Origin: Eledone cirrhosa
Lineage: Eukaryota
Assembly (NCBI GenBank): GCA_964016885.1
Contig: OZ024744.1
Location: forward strand, 102,734,001-102,798,000
Reading direction: 5' to 3'
DNA: 64,000 nucleotides
Shown here: one piece after another, positions 1-12,099 of the stretch
Layout of the letters: each line of letters opens with the position of its first letter
How positions within the stretch are numbered: the first letter of the stretch is position 1
Program-made: the position numbers and the translations under genes
Notes under the pieces: generated by a model
The model's input: only the letters and a program-made list of their open reading frames with translations
What the model was told of the DNA's origin: nothing
Database searches by the model: none

Positions 1-1411
1 GTTGTGCTTCAAACAATGCAGCTTTCTCTGAAATCCTTTGATGATTCTGAAGAGATCACAGATGAGGTTATCCTTTCCTTGAAGTTTCAAGTTCAGTTCA
101 TTCATGTGGGATGTGATGTCGACCAAAAATGACAACTTTGACAGCCAGGTAGGATCTGACAGCTGTGGATCAGCTCTATCTTTTTGAGTGAGAAAAACAT
201 CTATTTCGTTTTGGAGCTTGTAAAAACGAAACAGGACTTTACCACAGCTGAGCCACCTCACTGCTGTGTGATAAGACAAGTCACAGAAATCAGAATCAAT
301 TTCTTCAAGTAAAGCTTGGAACTGATGGTGATTGAGTGCATGTCCCCGAATGAAGTTCACAGCAGAAACGACTGGTTTCAGTACACAAGAAATATCCAAG
401 TCTTTCCCACAGAGTGCTTGCTGATGTATGATGCAGTGTATGAACAGAGCGCCCGGAATTTGCAAATCTTCCAACTGAGTCCTGATCTGCCCGACCAGAC
501 CCTTCCTCACTCCAGCCATGTTTTTTCCTCCATCAACTGTAACACGTCGAAGCTGATTCCACTGAAGGTTATAGTCTTGCAAAGTTTTCTGCACTTCCAT
601 GAAAATGTCTTTTCTAGTTGTTGTTCCATGCAGCAAACGGATGCCAACTCTTCCATTATCTGAAAGTCCAAATTGACACCACGAATGAACACGAGAAGTT
701 GTGACGTACTCGAGAGATCAGTAGACTCATCCAGCGCCAGAGAATACCACAAGTTCCTAGCTTTCTCGCGTATCTGTAGCACTATATTCTCTCCAAGTTC
801 TTCTGTTCTCCGCACAACTGAACTTGTCGAAAGGTTGATACTTCCAAACAAATCGGCATTCTCAGGACACAAGTCATTTGCTGCTTCCATCATACATTCT
901 TTGATGAAGTTGCCATCAGTAAACGGTTTTCTTCGCTCTGCCAACTTATGCACTATTTTGTAACTTGTACGAGTGACAGATTCATTTTCAGCAAACTTTC
1001 TTGTGAAGAAATTTCTTTGAGTTTCTAAACCATGTTTCATGGACTCATATTTCTCAGAGCGTAACTTTCCAGAAAACTTTGAATATGTTGATAGATGTTT
1101 TGTTTCAGTGACGCCGAAGATTGTACTCTTTCAAAACGGCAACACTTTCGCTGCATACCACGCAACTAGCTTTCTGGTCCTTTGTTTCCACAAATAAGTA
1201 CTTTACTCCCCATTCTTCATTGAAAACGCGACACTCGGCATCCACTTTTTTTTTCTCTTAGTAACCATAATAAAGGGTGAAGAAAACGGGATCTGAAAAT
1301 GAAAAAGACATTGAATTAGAAACATCTCGTGTTCCATCCGTTTTATCACACAAATGCAAGTACCGTCGGCGGGCCTGATCCGGCCCGCGGGCCGTAGTTT
1401 GATGACCCCTG
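1..1411 (-). mobile_element. Degenerate hAT DNA transposon (SPIN/Buster, GTF2IRD2-like transposase), 5' part; runs off the window start
   Basis: ORF 507-1040(-) has KPFTDGNFIKECM and YSLALDESTDLSSTSQLLVFIRGV (hAT catalytic D region). Downstream minus-strand sequence gives HCIIHQ- and AVRWLSCG-like motifs. Terminus CAGGGGTCATCAAACTACGGCCCGCGGGCCG ends at 1411, followed by ctctatac, which resembles the Buster-type target. Frameshifted. Confidence 0.85.
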
Positions 1412-1429
1412 CTCTATACAATAGTTAAT

Positions 1430-2400
1430 GAGAGGAAATATATACAGCCAGGAAAGCTATCTTTTCAATAGTGTAAATGGCATAGCAACCTCTTTAGTCA
1501 TGGTGATCTGCTAAATAAATACACCCACTACCCTCTGTAAAATGGTTAATAATAGGACAAGTTTTTGAAAGAAAAGGCCAGGACTCTTCAGTTGTGTCAA
1601 TGCCATGACATTCTCATTTGTTGGTGTCAAGATAATATGCACCAAGTACTTTCTGTAAAATGGCTAATAATAAGAAATATCCACGACCAGGACAACCTTG
1701 AGTAAGAAAGGTCCAGGAGGACTCTTCAGTTGTATCAATACCATGACATTCTCCTTAGAGATAATGGTCTATTAGATATATACACCCACTACAGCAAGTA
1801 AAATCAAATATAATTGTTTCTAGCTAATATCTACCTGCCTGACAACCTAAGGGAAGTAACTCCTCTATGTGATGAGTGAGGAAGGAAGGGGGCTGTGATA
1901 AAGTGTAGAAAACAAGTGTTTGCTGCACCTGTTTTTTCTCATACATATAAATGCACACTACCTTCTGTAAAATGGTTAATAATAGGAAATATCCATAGCT
2001 AGGTCAACCATTAGTAATAGTGATCAACTAGATACATACACCCAGTACACTCTGTAAACTAATTAATGATAGGTAAAACATCTAGCCATGGAAAGATTAT
2101 AAAACAAAGGCCAGGAGATCTAGTCAGTGGTGTCAATGGAATGACAACCTCCCGTGTTGGTGCCAAGATTCTCTGTAATGTGGTTAATGGTAGGAAAGGT
2201 ATGCAACTATAGAAAAGTTGTCAGAATTCATCATTTGTGTGAAATACATGACAGTATCCCTAATGTTGATACCATGATAAAAGGCATGCAATAGATCATA
2301 GCAATGTATGTAAGCAATTGGTCCATCTCAGAGATTATTAGCTTGGCTTGAGTATTGTCTTGGTTCAACATGACCTGTCCAACTGTTGGTAGCAATTAAA
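1430..2400 (+). repeat. Cluster of degenerate SINE-like fragments in loose tandem
   Basis: Recurrent motif cacccactac(a/c)ctctgtaaaatggttaataatagga(a) near 1522, 1640, 1955, 2040 and 2170 (also 3390). It is related to the SINE core at 18080-18150. Confidence 0.5.
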
Positions 2401-2454
2401 ATGGATGTTAAATGAGGATAATAATGACGGCCTACATACATAAATATATAGCAA

Positions 2455-2658
2455 AGAGGATTGTAGGTGATTTGAGGGAGATTTGTTTACTATTTCTAAT
2501 ACAACACAAAGATCTCCCTTTAATATTATTTTCTTCATTTTACTTGCTTTTTCCAGGCCGACATTTAACCAAAATGAATGCTATAAAAAATAATCTGCTA
2601 AAACGTTTATTCTGTAAGTTGTAATAAACAGCCTTTCAATTTTTAATTAACACTGCAA
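2455..2658 (+). repeat. Dispersed repeat; diverged inverted copy at 9244-9630 and partial copy at 2890-3025
   Basis: ctgctaaaacgtttattctgtaa.ttgtaataaacagcctttcaat matches the reverse complement of 9260-9310. The gagatttgtttactatttct...aaagatctccctt motif is shared with 2900-2943 and 9558-9620(rc). Confidence 0.7.
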
Positions 2659-3469
2659 TTTATTATACATATATACATATATAGCTGCATATCGATATCA
2701 CTGTTTAGTGTCCATTCTTCCATGCTTGCATGGGTTAGACAAGTCGTCCACATTGTAAGACAAGTCTGGCCAGAGTTGGCCATGCCGCACCATGTTCTGC
2801 CGAGGACTGTAAATTTGGCCAGGTTCTGGATGGCACCGATATGAAGAGGGATAGGCCATCTCACAGCATAACTGTAGTTTTGGAGCCCAGTGATTTTAGG
2901 GAGGTTTGTTTACTATTTCTACTACAACACAAAGATCTCCCTTATAAGCTTCATACATCTATATGATGGTGTCATTGTTAGACTTACCTAGTCACCAGGT
3001 ATGTTAGAAATAGCAGCTAATTCCCCTAAAACCACATCTTTCCATTTTAAGATACTTTGATACAATACCCAGACATCACCAAATAATTCTGCCAATATGT
3101 TATGTATATACTTGATATAATTTTCTTCATTTTCAGTTTGTTTTCCATGTGTGCCTTCAGAAAGCACCAGTCTAGAGGGTAAGTTGTATTGAAGAGCCTT
3201 TAACTGAGTCAATAACTGCCAACCACTTTAGTAGTGGTGCAACAAAAATGTAGCAAGTACACTCAGGAAGGTGGTTTGCTATAGGAAGTACATATAGAAA
3301 CTATAGTAGAAACTATGCCACAAAGTTTTGAATGTATTATTCAGATGTGTCAATCACATGACAACCTCCCTATTGTTCAAGATAAATATACTCACTATAC
3401 CCTGTAAAATGGTTAATGATAGGAAAAAAACATCCAGCCAGGGAAAGCTTGTGAAAGAAAGGGCCACGA

Positions 3470-4812
3470 GGAAACCTACCAATCACCTAATAACCTACTA
3501 ATCAGGCAAACACATAAGCCAGATTGATTTCCTGCTAGTTAGGCAACGAGACAGACAGATGGTGTCAAATAGTAAGGCATATCATGGGGAAGAATGTACC
3601 CCACAGCATAGGTTAGTCGTTAGTGACATCTCTATAAGCAAGAGACAAAATGAGATACAAAGGAAGGTTTGGAAGCTAAAGGACCTTTCACTTAAATATA
3701 GGTTTAGGAAAGCCCTATGGGATGTGTATGATGAGAGAGACCTAGAGAAGGCCTTTGAGAGAGTACCTTGCTCTGTCATCTAGTGGTCCCTAAAGTGTAT
3801 AAGAATGGATTGTGAGGACAGTGCAAGCTATGTCAGTAAAGTGAGAGTAGGAATGGAGTTTAGTGAGGAATTCCAGATACAAGTAGGAGTACATCAGGGT
3901 TCGGTCCCCAGACCACTTTACTCATTATAGTCCTCCAAGCTATAACAAAAGAGTTTAAGACTGGCTGCCCATGGGAACTTCTTTATGCTGATGATCTGGT
4001 ACTTATAATAGAATCAGTAGAGGAGAGGAGCTAGAGACTAAATTCCGGCTGTGGAAACAGCATTTAGAATCAAGAGGACTGAGAGTGAACATAGCAAAGA
4101 CTAAAGTATTGATAAGTAGGAAAGAAGACAAGACTCTGATTCCTTCAGGGAAATGGCCATGCTCAATATGCAGAAAAGGAGTTGGCATAAACTATATAGA
4201 ATGTACACAATGCAGATCTTGGGTCACAAGAGGTGTAGTGGGATAGCAGGCAAGCTAACAGGAAAAGAAAACTTTGTATGTAGTAGATGTTCAGGGAAAA
4301 TTGATAGAAGTGTCAGTGATAGGCATATTTTTCAAATCCAGGTAGAATCTATAGAGGTGGTCAATAGCTTCCGATATCTAAGTGATCAGATTAGCAAGGG
4401 AGGCGGATGCTCCGAGGCCATAGAATCTAGAATAAAGTTTAGGGAGTTGTTTCCTCTGTTGACAACGAAGGGTTTATCCCTACGAATGAAAGGTCGGTTG
4501 CATGATGCCTGTGTGAGATGCGTGATGCTGCATGGTAGTGAGACATGAGTGAAGACTGCGTTGGTATGGCCATGTGATGTGTATGGATGATAACTGCTGA
4601 GTGAAGAAGTGCCAGGTAATCCCAGTGGGAGGAAGATGCAGTAGAGGAAGACCACAGAAAACATGGGTGGAGGTGGTGAGAGCTACTCTCAGATTGCTGA
4701 AGCTCACAGAGGAGATGACGAAGGACATTGACAAGTGGAGAGATGCTGTGCTGAAGAGGACCTGTCTACCTTTGCAGGCAGGGAAAAGTAGACATAAAAT
4801 GATGATGATGAT
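3470..4812 (+). mobile_element. Degenerate RTE-clade LINE (endonuclease remnant, RT, 3' end), internally deleted
   Basis: QIDFLL and QHRLVV (APE C-terminus), DLEKAFERVP, ELLYADDL, CVRCVMLHGSET, RGRPQKTW; (TGA)n tail at 4800-4812. Confidence 0.88.
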
Positions 4813-5149
4813 AAATGAAGATTTGATATTAGTTTCTTCACTTTATCTTGTTTCTTCTTACCCAAATAAACTCCAAAGAATGAGTGAATGCTTTTTTTTC
4901 AGAGCACATGAAATCTCTTCATTATCAGCACTTTCAGTTGAATAACAGTCATCTAAAATGTGATCAAAATATAATAAACTATATAGTTTGACAAACAGAA
5001 AAGACATGGAAAATTTTTTGTAAAATAGGAAATATGAATAAAAGTTTATAACATTAAATAATGAATATGTTTGGTCACAAGCTGAGGAGCAAGACCAAAT
5101 TCTATTGTCAAAAATTGACAAATTTTGGTATAATATTACAAAATACAGT

Positions 5150-5755
5150 TGACAACCTTCTGCAGGAAGGGGACTGATGTTAGGGATTTGGCAGTGTCAG
5201 ATCTGATGACAAAACCAACATCCGATTGATGGTAGTCTTCTTCACTCTTTCCATACCAAAAAACTGACTAGCCCTCTTCAACTTCTTCCATTTGAGACAT
5301 GCCAGAGAGTCAGGTCTCACTTACTGCACAGATATCAACACTGTATCTGTGGCATGCATTACAGATGAGGGATGATCATGTTCCAAGTTGGAGTGACTGT
5401 CTTGGAGTGTTCTAACATTCCAAGAACAAAAAGTTTCCTTTCCTTCTATTTTGACCACGTATTTGGATAACCAGATAGTGGTGGTTGACTGCTGAGGTAA
5501 AGCATTGAGTAAGCATTTGTTTAGGGCTCTTTTTATTGTCCCCTCCATGTGTAGGGAAAGCAGTGCTATGTTTAAAAAGACCTGCTTTGTCTTCATTAGA
5601 GTAAACAACAGCACAAGTTAGTCATATTTTGTGCACAGATGGCCATTACCTGATGATCGTCACTGTGTAGAGCTCCAACTAAAGACTTCCAATAACATCC
5701 TTTACTTGTGGCCATCGTCTTTGTGTTAGTGAACTGGTAGAACTGTTGAGCTACC
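5150..5755 (-). mobile_element. 5' end of an RTE/BovB-like LINE (5' UTR and start of the APE endonuclease)
   Basis: Minus-strand FCSWNVRTLQDS, the typical N-terminal APE motif WNVRTL, followed by degenerate LSETR- and VGF-like sequence. Confidence 0.55.
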
Positions 5756-5759
5756 CACA

Positions 5760-7415
5760 CTAACTTGGTCAACTCCGTCAAATCATTGTCCTTTAGGGAG
5801 TCAGAGTAACCATCAATGAAGGTGCTGACCTCATCTTCTGTGATGTCCTTGAAATCTTCCCCAGTGAACAGTTTCACTAATGTTACTGCCTTATCAATGG
5901 CCACGTGCTAGATTTCTTCAGCAGAGAAGCCTTTGTAATTATTGATTCACTCTGGTCACAATTTCTTCTACCACGCACTAAAGGTTTCTATTTTCATGTC
6001 CTTCAGAGATTGGCTGATGATAGTTAGACGCATGGTGATCATGAATTTATGCCAATACCCCTTCAGTGTAAATTTGTTGTCCATATCTATTGCTTTCACA
6101 AGGTGTTGTAGAGAGTTGTGGGTGTAGAGCGCCTTGGTCCATAGTTGGAGAAACTCTATCTGGATTCCCTCATAATACAAATCCGTAGGGTGGCCGTCAG
6201 CATTGTCCATGATTAGCAACACCTTGAACTCCATACACAAGTTACTGACTTGAGGGACACCAGTTGGATGTAAGGACTTTAGTGATCCAGGCCTTGGTGT
6301 TGTTCATCAAATACACAGGTAGCACATTCTTAGTTTTATCCTTGAGGACTCTAAGATTCACAGGCTTGTAGATAAGGTCTGGTTTGAGCATGAAGCCAGC
6401 AGCATTGCCATACATAAGTGTTACCCTGACTTGTAGATAAGGTCTGGTTTGAGCATGAAGCCAGCAGCATTGCCATACATAAGTGTTACCCTGACTTGTA
6501 GATAAGGTCTGGTTTGAGCATGAAGCCAGCAGCATTGCCATACATAAGTGTTACCCTGACTTGTAGATAAGGTCTGGTTTGAGCATGAAGCCAGCAGCAT
6601 TGCCATACATAAGTGTTACCCTGACTTGTAGATAAGGTCTGGTTTGAGCATGAAGCCAGCAGCATTGCCATACATAAGTGTTACCCTGACTTGTAGATAA
6701 GGTCTGGTTTGAGCATGAAGCCAGCAGCATTGCCATACATAAGTGTTACCCTGACTTGTAGATAAGGTCTGGTTTGAGCATGAAGCCAGCAGCATTGCCA
6801 TACATAAGTGTTACCCTGACTTGTAGATAAGGTCTGGTTTGAGCATGAAGCCAGCAGCATTGCCATACATAAGTGTTACCCTGACTTGTAGATAAGGTCT
6901 GGTTTGAGCATGAAGCCAGCAGCATTGCCATACATAAGTGTTACCCTGTCCTTCTGTGCCTTGAATTCTGGGGCTTTGGCTTTGTCCTTCATGAGGTAGG
7001 TTCGGGAAGGCATCCTCTTCCAGAACAAGCCAGTTTTGTCTATATTAAACACATGTCCAGGATAGTAGCCATTCTTCTTAATTTATTAAAGGTCTTGTGG
7101 TACTTCTTGGCAGCTTTCGTGTCAGCAGATGTTGCTTCTCTGGGTAAAGAAACATTCCTTAGTTTGAACTGCTTCTGAAGCGGTCAAACCACCCCTTGCT
7201 TGCTAGAAAGCCTTTATGTGGTGTCGATGGTTTTGCTTCCTCTTTGTTAGGTTCATTGAGGCCTTCGCTTTCTTGTATAGTGTTGCCTTTTGTAAAGAAC
7301 TGCTGGTACAGTTTCTTAGCCTTCTCCTGGATGATGTTGCCATCTAAAGGGATGTTCTTCTTCCTACAGTCCATAATCCACACGGCCAAGGCGAACTGCA
7401 TCCTTACGATGGTCT
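5760..7415 (-). mobile_element. Degenerate Tigger/pogo transposase (CENP-B HTH and DDE_1), interrupted by a 65-bp tandem array
   Basis: ALAVWIMDCRKKNIPLDGNIIQEKAKKLY, FLASKGWFDRF, VFNIDKTGLF*KRMP, RVTLMYGNAAGFMLKP, KAWITK, KVLLIMDNADGHP. Confidence 0.9.
6365..6948. repeat. Tandem array of 9 x 65-bp units inside the Tigger transposase
   Basis: Unit cttgtagataaggtctggtttgagcatgaagccagcagcattgccatacataagtgttaccctga starts at 6365, 6430, ... 6885. The identical ORFs in the track are spaced exactly 65 nt apart. Confidence 0.97.
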
Positions 7416-7419
7416 TATC

Positions 7420-7900
7420 TAGAGATAATATTGTCAGCAGCCTATTGCCTACAACTAATCTAATCTAAATGATTCTATTCCTTACTTTAACTACTTCTAT
7501 TATCTTGTCAATCCACTTCTCAGCCACCTATCCCATCATAGTTTCCTACCCAGAAAAACTTATAGCTAAGATGTTTGCCTGCGATGATTGTCAGTAGTCT
7601 CCTGCCTACAACTAATCTAAGCTTAATTATTCTATTACTAACTCGAACTACCTCTATTGTCTTATCGATCCATCTCTCAGCCAGGAAAATGCCTACTCCC
7701 ACTAACCCATCATCCTTACATACCCAGAAAAGCTTATAACTAAGATGTTTGCCTGCGATTAGTCTTGCTGAGGAACCTCTCCATCTCACCTCTTGCATGC
7801 AGCACACATCCACATGTCTTCTCTCTAACATCTCTATTATCTCACCAGATCTACCTGTCAGGGTGCCAACATTAAGTGTGGCAACCCTGAGATGTCATCT
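7420..7900 (-). mobile_element. RTE LINE 5' fragment (APE endonuclease N-terminus) with an internal tandem duplication
   Basis: VATLNVGTLTGRS, VDVCCMQEVRWRG, VGIFLAERWIDK; the IAGKHLSYK segment occurs twice. Confidence 0.85.
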
Positions 7901-7968
7901 TGCATTGATTTTTCCTTTTCATCTGCAAGGAAATGTACATAGAATCATTATCATCATCATTATTGCTA

Positions 7969-9235
7969 CTAGCAGAAAAACCACTCTTCGTTGCTCATTT
8001 GTTCAACACTGACAAAGGAACGCTGTACTAGTTTCAAGCTTATTAGCTATCGTCAGCAATGTATACATTCCTGCCAGATGATTGAACGTCTGAAAGTATA
8101 TACTGTCCTTATGCATAATAACGGCTGAGCAGCCTAATTTGCATATTGAGTGAGTTAATCGGCCGGGCGCACCGAAAACGATAAACGGAAAAAATGAAAC
8201 ATAATTTCATTTCTCACTCTTAGTACGGCTGTTACTTAAATATAAGTATGTACACGTACATACATATATGTATACAGATGTACAGTAGTATGTATATATA
8301 TATACATACATGCACACATATATATATGTACGTATGGATTCACCGAACATTTATTATAATGCTCGGTGTGTTTGTAAACAAATAAAATTTTGTTTCATTT
8401 TTTTCCGTTTAACGTTTTCGGTGCGCCCGGCCGATTAACTCACTCGATATGCAAATTAGGCTGCTCAGCTGTTAATATGCATAAGGAAAGTATATACTTT
8501 CAGACGTTCAATCATCTGGCAGGAAGGTATACGTTGCTGACGATAGCTAATAAGCTTGAAACTAGTACATCGTTCCTTTGTCAGTGTTGAACAAATGAGT
8601 AACGATGGTTGCTAGACACTGTACGGCTTAATTCGGGATGTTTGTTTACAAACACACCGAGCATTATAATATATGTTCGGTGAATCCATACGTACATATA
8701 TATGTGTGCATGCATGTATGTATATATATACTACTGCACATCTTTATACATATATGTATGTACGTATACATACTTATATTTAAGTAACAGTCGTACTAAG
8801 AGTGAGAAATGAAATTTCGTTTGATTTTTTCCGTTTATATATATATATATTAAAATAACAGATTAAAGTTTAAACAAAGAATCGCTGCTTTCACCCTTAA
8901 CGGGATCTTCTGAAACCAAAAAAAAATCAATCTGTGAACGCAGAAGTAAATATTTCGAAAAACGTTGCAACCGAAAGAAAACAGGAAGATGATACTTTGG
9001 TTCGTGAAGACGTTAGGAATGCTGTATAACTGGAAGTGTTGACATTTGAAAATTTTAAAGAAGTGAATATTTAAATAATGTCTTTAATCTTTTAACAAAA
9101 TTCAGTAGACGAAAATTACCCTCTCTTTCTTATTTGGAAAAAGTTACATCTATAGTGCAAATTTGGTGCCGTTTGTTTCAGCCGCTTGGCGGAAAGTTTG
9201 TTACTTACATATGGCTGTCAGCTTTATAGTATAGA
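7969..9235 (-). mobile_element. Probable non-autonomous Helitron with rearranged internal repeats
   Basis: Minus-strand 5' end a|TCTATACTATAAAGCTG at 9235 resembles the Helitron at 26078. The 3' end ...tttttctgCTAG|t is at 7969, but its subterminal hairpin is degenerate. Confidence 0.45.
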
Positions 9236-9638
9236 TATAATACATTGCAGCGTTAATTGAAAATTGAAAGGCTGTTTATTACAATTTACAGAATAAACGT
9301 TTTAGCAGAGTATCTTTTATAGCATTCATCTTGGTTGAAGGTTGGCCTGGAAAAAAACAAGTAAAAATGAAGAAAATAATATTAAATCTACATGTATATA
9401 CATATTTTACTAGCTGATATATATGGTAGTGTCTGGATATTGTATTAATGTATCTTAATTTAATAAGGTATAATTTGAGGGCTGCTATTTCTAGCATATC
9501 TAGTTACCAGGTAGTGGTAGCATTGACAATATCATAGATATAAGTATGTACCATAAAAGGGAGATCTTTATGCTGTAGATCGCCATGATAGAAATAGTAA
9601 ATAAATCTCCCTCAAATCACATCCAACCCTTTTATGTA

Positions 9639-10808
9639 TGAGGGGCATTCAAAAAGTTTGTGGAAAATGTCTTTTATAGGGACACTATACAAACATTTTG
9701 CTACTTGCTGGTAGCAACTTAAACATGTACATACATGTTGTAATTTGTATGATCCGGAAGTAATTTGAAGCAATAAATTGAAATTTACACTATTTTAAAA
9801 AACAACCACTCTTAAAGTAACATGTTCTGTCAAAACTGAAGCAAGAACCAACATCAAATTTATGGTAAAAGGACATTGTTGAATCTTCGTTAAATATTTA
9901 TGGAGATACTTCCCTTTAAAAAAAAATCAGCAATTCACAAATTTGCTAACTCATTTGATGTGACGGAATTGAAGATGATGAACAGAATAGCAGGCCATCA
10001 ATATCAGTTTGTGAAGAAAAAAAAATTTATGCTGTTTGAGATCTAATTGATGGAGACCAACAATTAACAGCAGAAAAATTAGCTCACACCCTAGACATCT
10101 CAGTTGGTTCAGTTCACACAATTTAAAGCTGAGCAAACCTTCTGCCCACTGTGTGACAAGACTGTTATGCCCAGATCAACAACAAACAAGAGCAGAGCTT
10201 TATTTGGAAAGTTTAAACAAATGGGATCAAAATCCAGAAGGTTATGAGAGGCGAATTATGACTGGAAATGAAACCAGTATGATCCTGAAGACAAAGCTCA
10301 GTCAAACCAATAGTTACCGAAAGGAGGAAAGGTTATGGCAGCAGTCTTTTGGGATGCTGTAGGTATTTTGTTAATTGATTTTTTAGAGGGAAAAAACAGA
10401 AACACCAACTTATGAAAAAGTTTTGAGAAAATTAGCCAGAAATTTAGCAGAAAAGAGCCCTGGGATACTTCGCCAGAGCCCATTCCTCTTGCAGGAATTT
10501 TGATGTGAAATTATTAGACATCCACCCTACAATCCTGATTTAGCCTCCTTCTGATTTTTTTCTTATTTCCTAAACTTTAAAATGTTTTAAAAATACCCAA
10601 TTTAAGAGCATTAATGATGAAGAAATGACTATTTTGATATGGTTAAATTCTCAGGAACCTCAGTTCAATCAGCATGATATAAATGGTTGTTATCATCACT
10701 TACAAAAGTACCTTGATGTTGATGGTGCTTATATGGAGAAATAAAGCTTTTACACAGAATAGTTTTCTTTGTATTCCATTTTTCCACAAACCTTATTAAT
10801 GCCCATTG
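9639..10808 (+). mobile_element. Near full-length degenerate mariner (irritans/Hsmar2-like)
   Basis: TA-flanked imperfect TIRs tgaggggcattcaaaaagtttgtggaaaatg / catttttccacaaaccttattaatgcccattg. Peptides VTRLLCPDQQQTRAEL..LNKWDQNPE..RRIMTGNET, KVMAAVFWD and HPPYNPDLA. Confidence 0.88.
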
Positions 10809-12099
10809 TATGTATGTAGACATATTATTACCATCATTAGTTAATGTCTATAACCATGCACAGGCAAGTAACACACACACATATATATATACTTATGTAT
10901 ATACCTACAGACAACAGAAAAACATGGACTCATGTTACTCATCAGCTAACTACTGAAGATCAATATGGTCTCAGTTTTTTAAAGTTAGTATCATTCCCTC
11001 AAGTACACAAAGGATTGCAACACAACAAAACAAGATTGGGGACCCTTCAGTCTGGTAAGACAACCTCTCTAGTGCTGGTGGCATGAATAATGCACCTTTA
11101 ACAGGATGGTTTTAAGAGTAGATGTATCACCACGAAGAATTGAGGTTAGGCTGTAAGTCTCAGGTTCTGTTGCTGCTGTGATAATACCTCTGGAAAGAAT
11201 CCTTCCATATCACATTTAAAGGCATTGCTGTGGTAACATACATGGTAACAGCATGTATGTAAAGACTTTACGATGTTTTTATGTTATTTATTAACAAAGT
11301 TGAGCTGAGTAGAGCAGGCATGCCAAGAGAAATAAAACAAACGAATTAAGAATTTCAGAAGGCAGGGTCCACTGGCTGAAGTGTTGCCAAGCCGTGGTTA
11401 AATTGTTGTGTTACATATTGGCTAGTAATTTCACGATGAAAGAAAAGCAGGTGTTTACCTTTTCGCTGTCGGGTTGCAAAAGAATAAGTGATCTTTACAT
11501 TAGCATGGTCAGGATGCAAGAGAGCGATTTCTCGAATCGACGCAGGAATTTTTCCTGCAGTGCGCGTAGAAATACAATCTCCTCCGCTGGTGGTCATTGG
11601 CTGGGTTGAGCACGGAGAATGTATGTGAGCCCGCGGAATGTAGGTCACTACACACCCAATAAATACTGTAAGTGGTTAGTGAGAGGAAGGGTATTCAGCC
11701 AGTAAAACCTTGCCAAATTCAAGCAAAGTACAACATAAATCTCTCACTAATTGCATATATAGGACTAACACTAGTCATGTTAGTGTTGCACATGGTAGTG
11801 AGGTTGATAACTTAGTCATGTGCAAGAACCCATCAACCAATCAAGCAATCATACACCCTTATTCCCTTCCAGATAGAAAGAACTACAAAAAGACCAAATC
11901 ATTATTACTAGGTGGCTCATTTCACTCAATATGGGCACACTGAAATGTAGACTGAGCAATTGTGAAGTTGTTTAAGAGGAGACAATTGGATGTATGCTGT
12001 GTTCAAGATGGAGAGAGGTCTCTGTAAGACTTCTAACCATTTGTAACACTAACTTCAGGAAATCAGTCCAGACATCTGACCACCTACCAGTCAGGTGAA

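Noticed and set aside
6365-6948. Regularly spaced repeats as a CRISPR array (likewise 39485-41122 and 25520-28378)
   Set aside because: The units are contiguous with no unique spacers, two of the arrays derive from TE coding sequence, there are no cas genes, and the context is eukaryotic.
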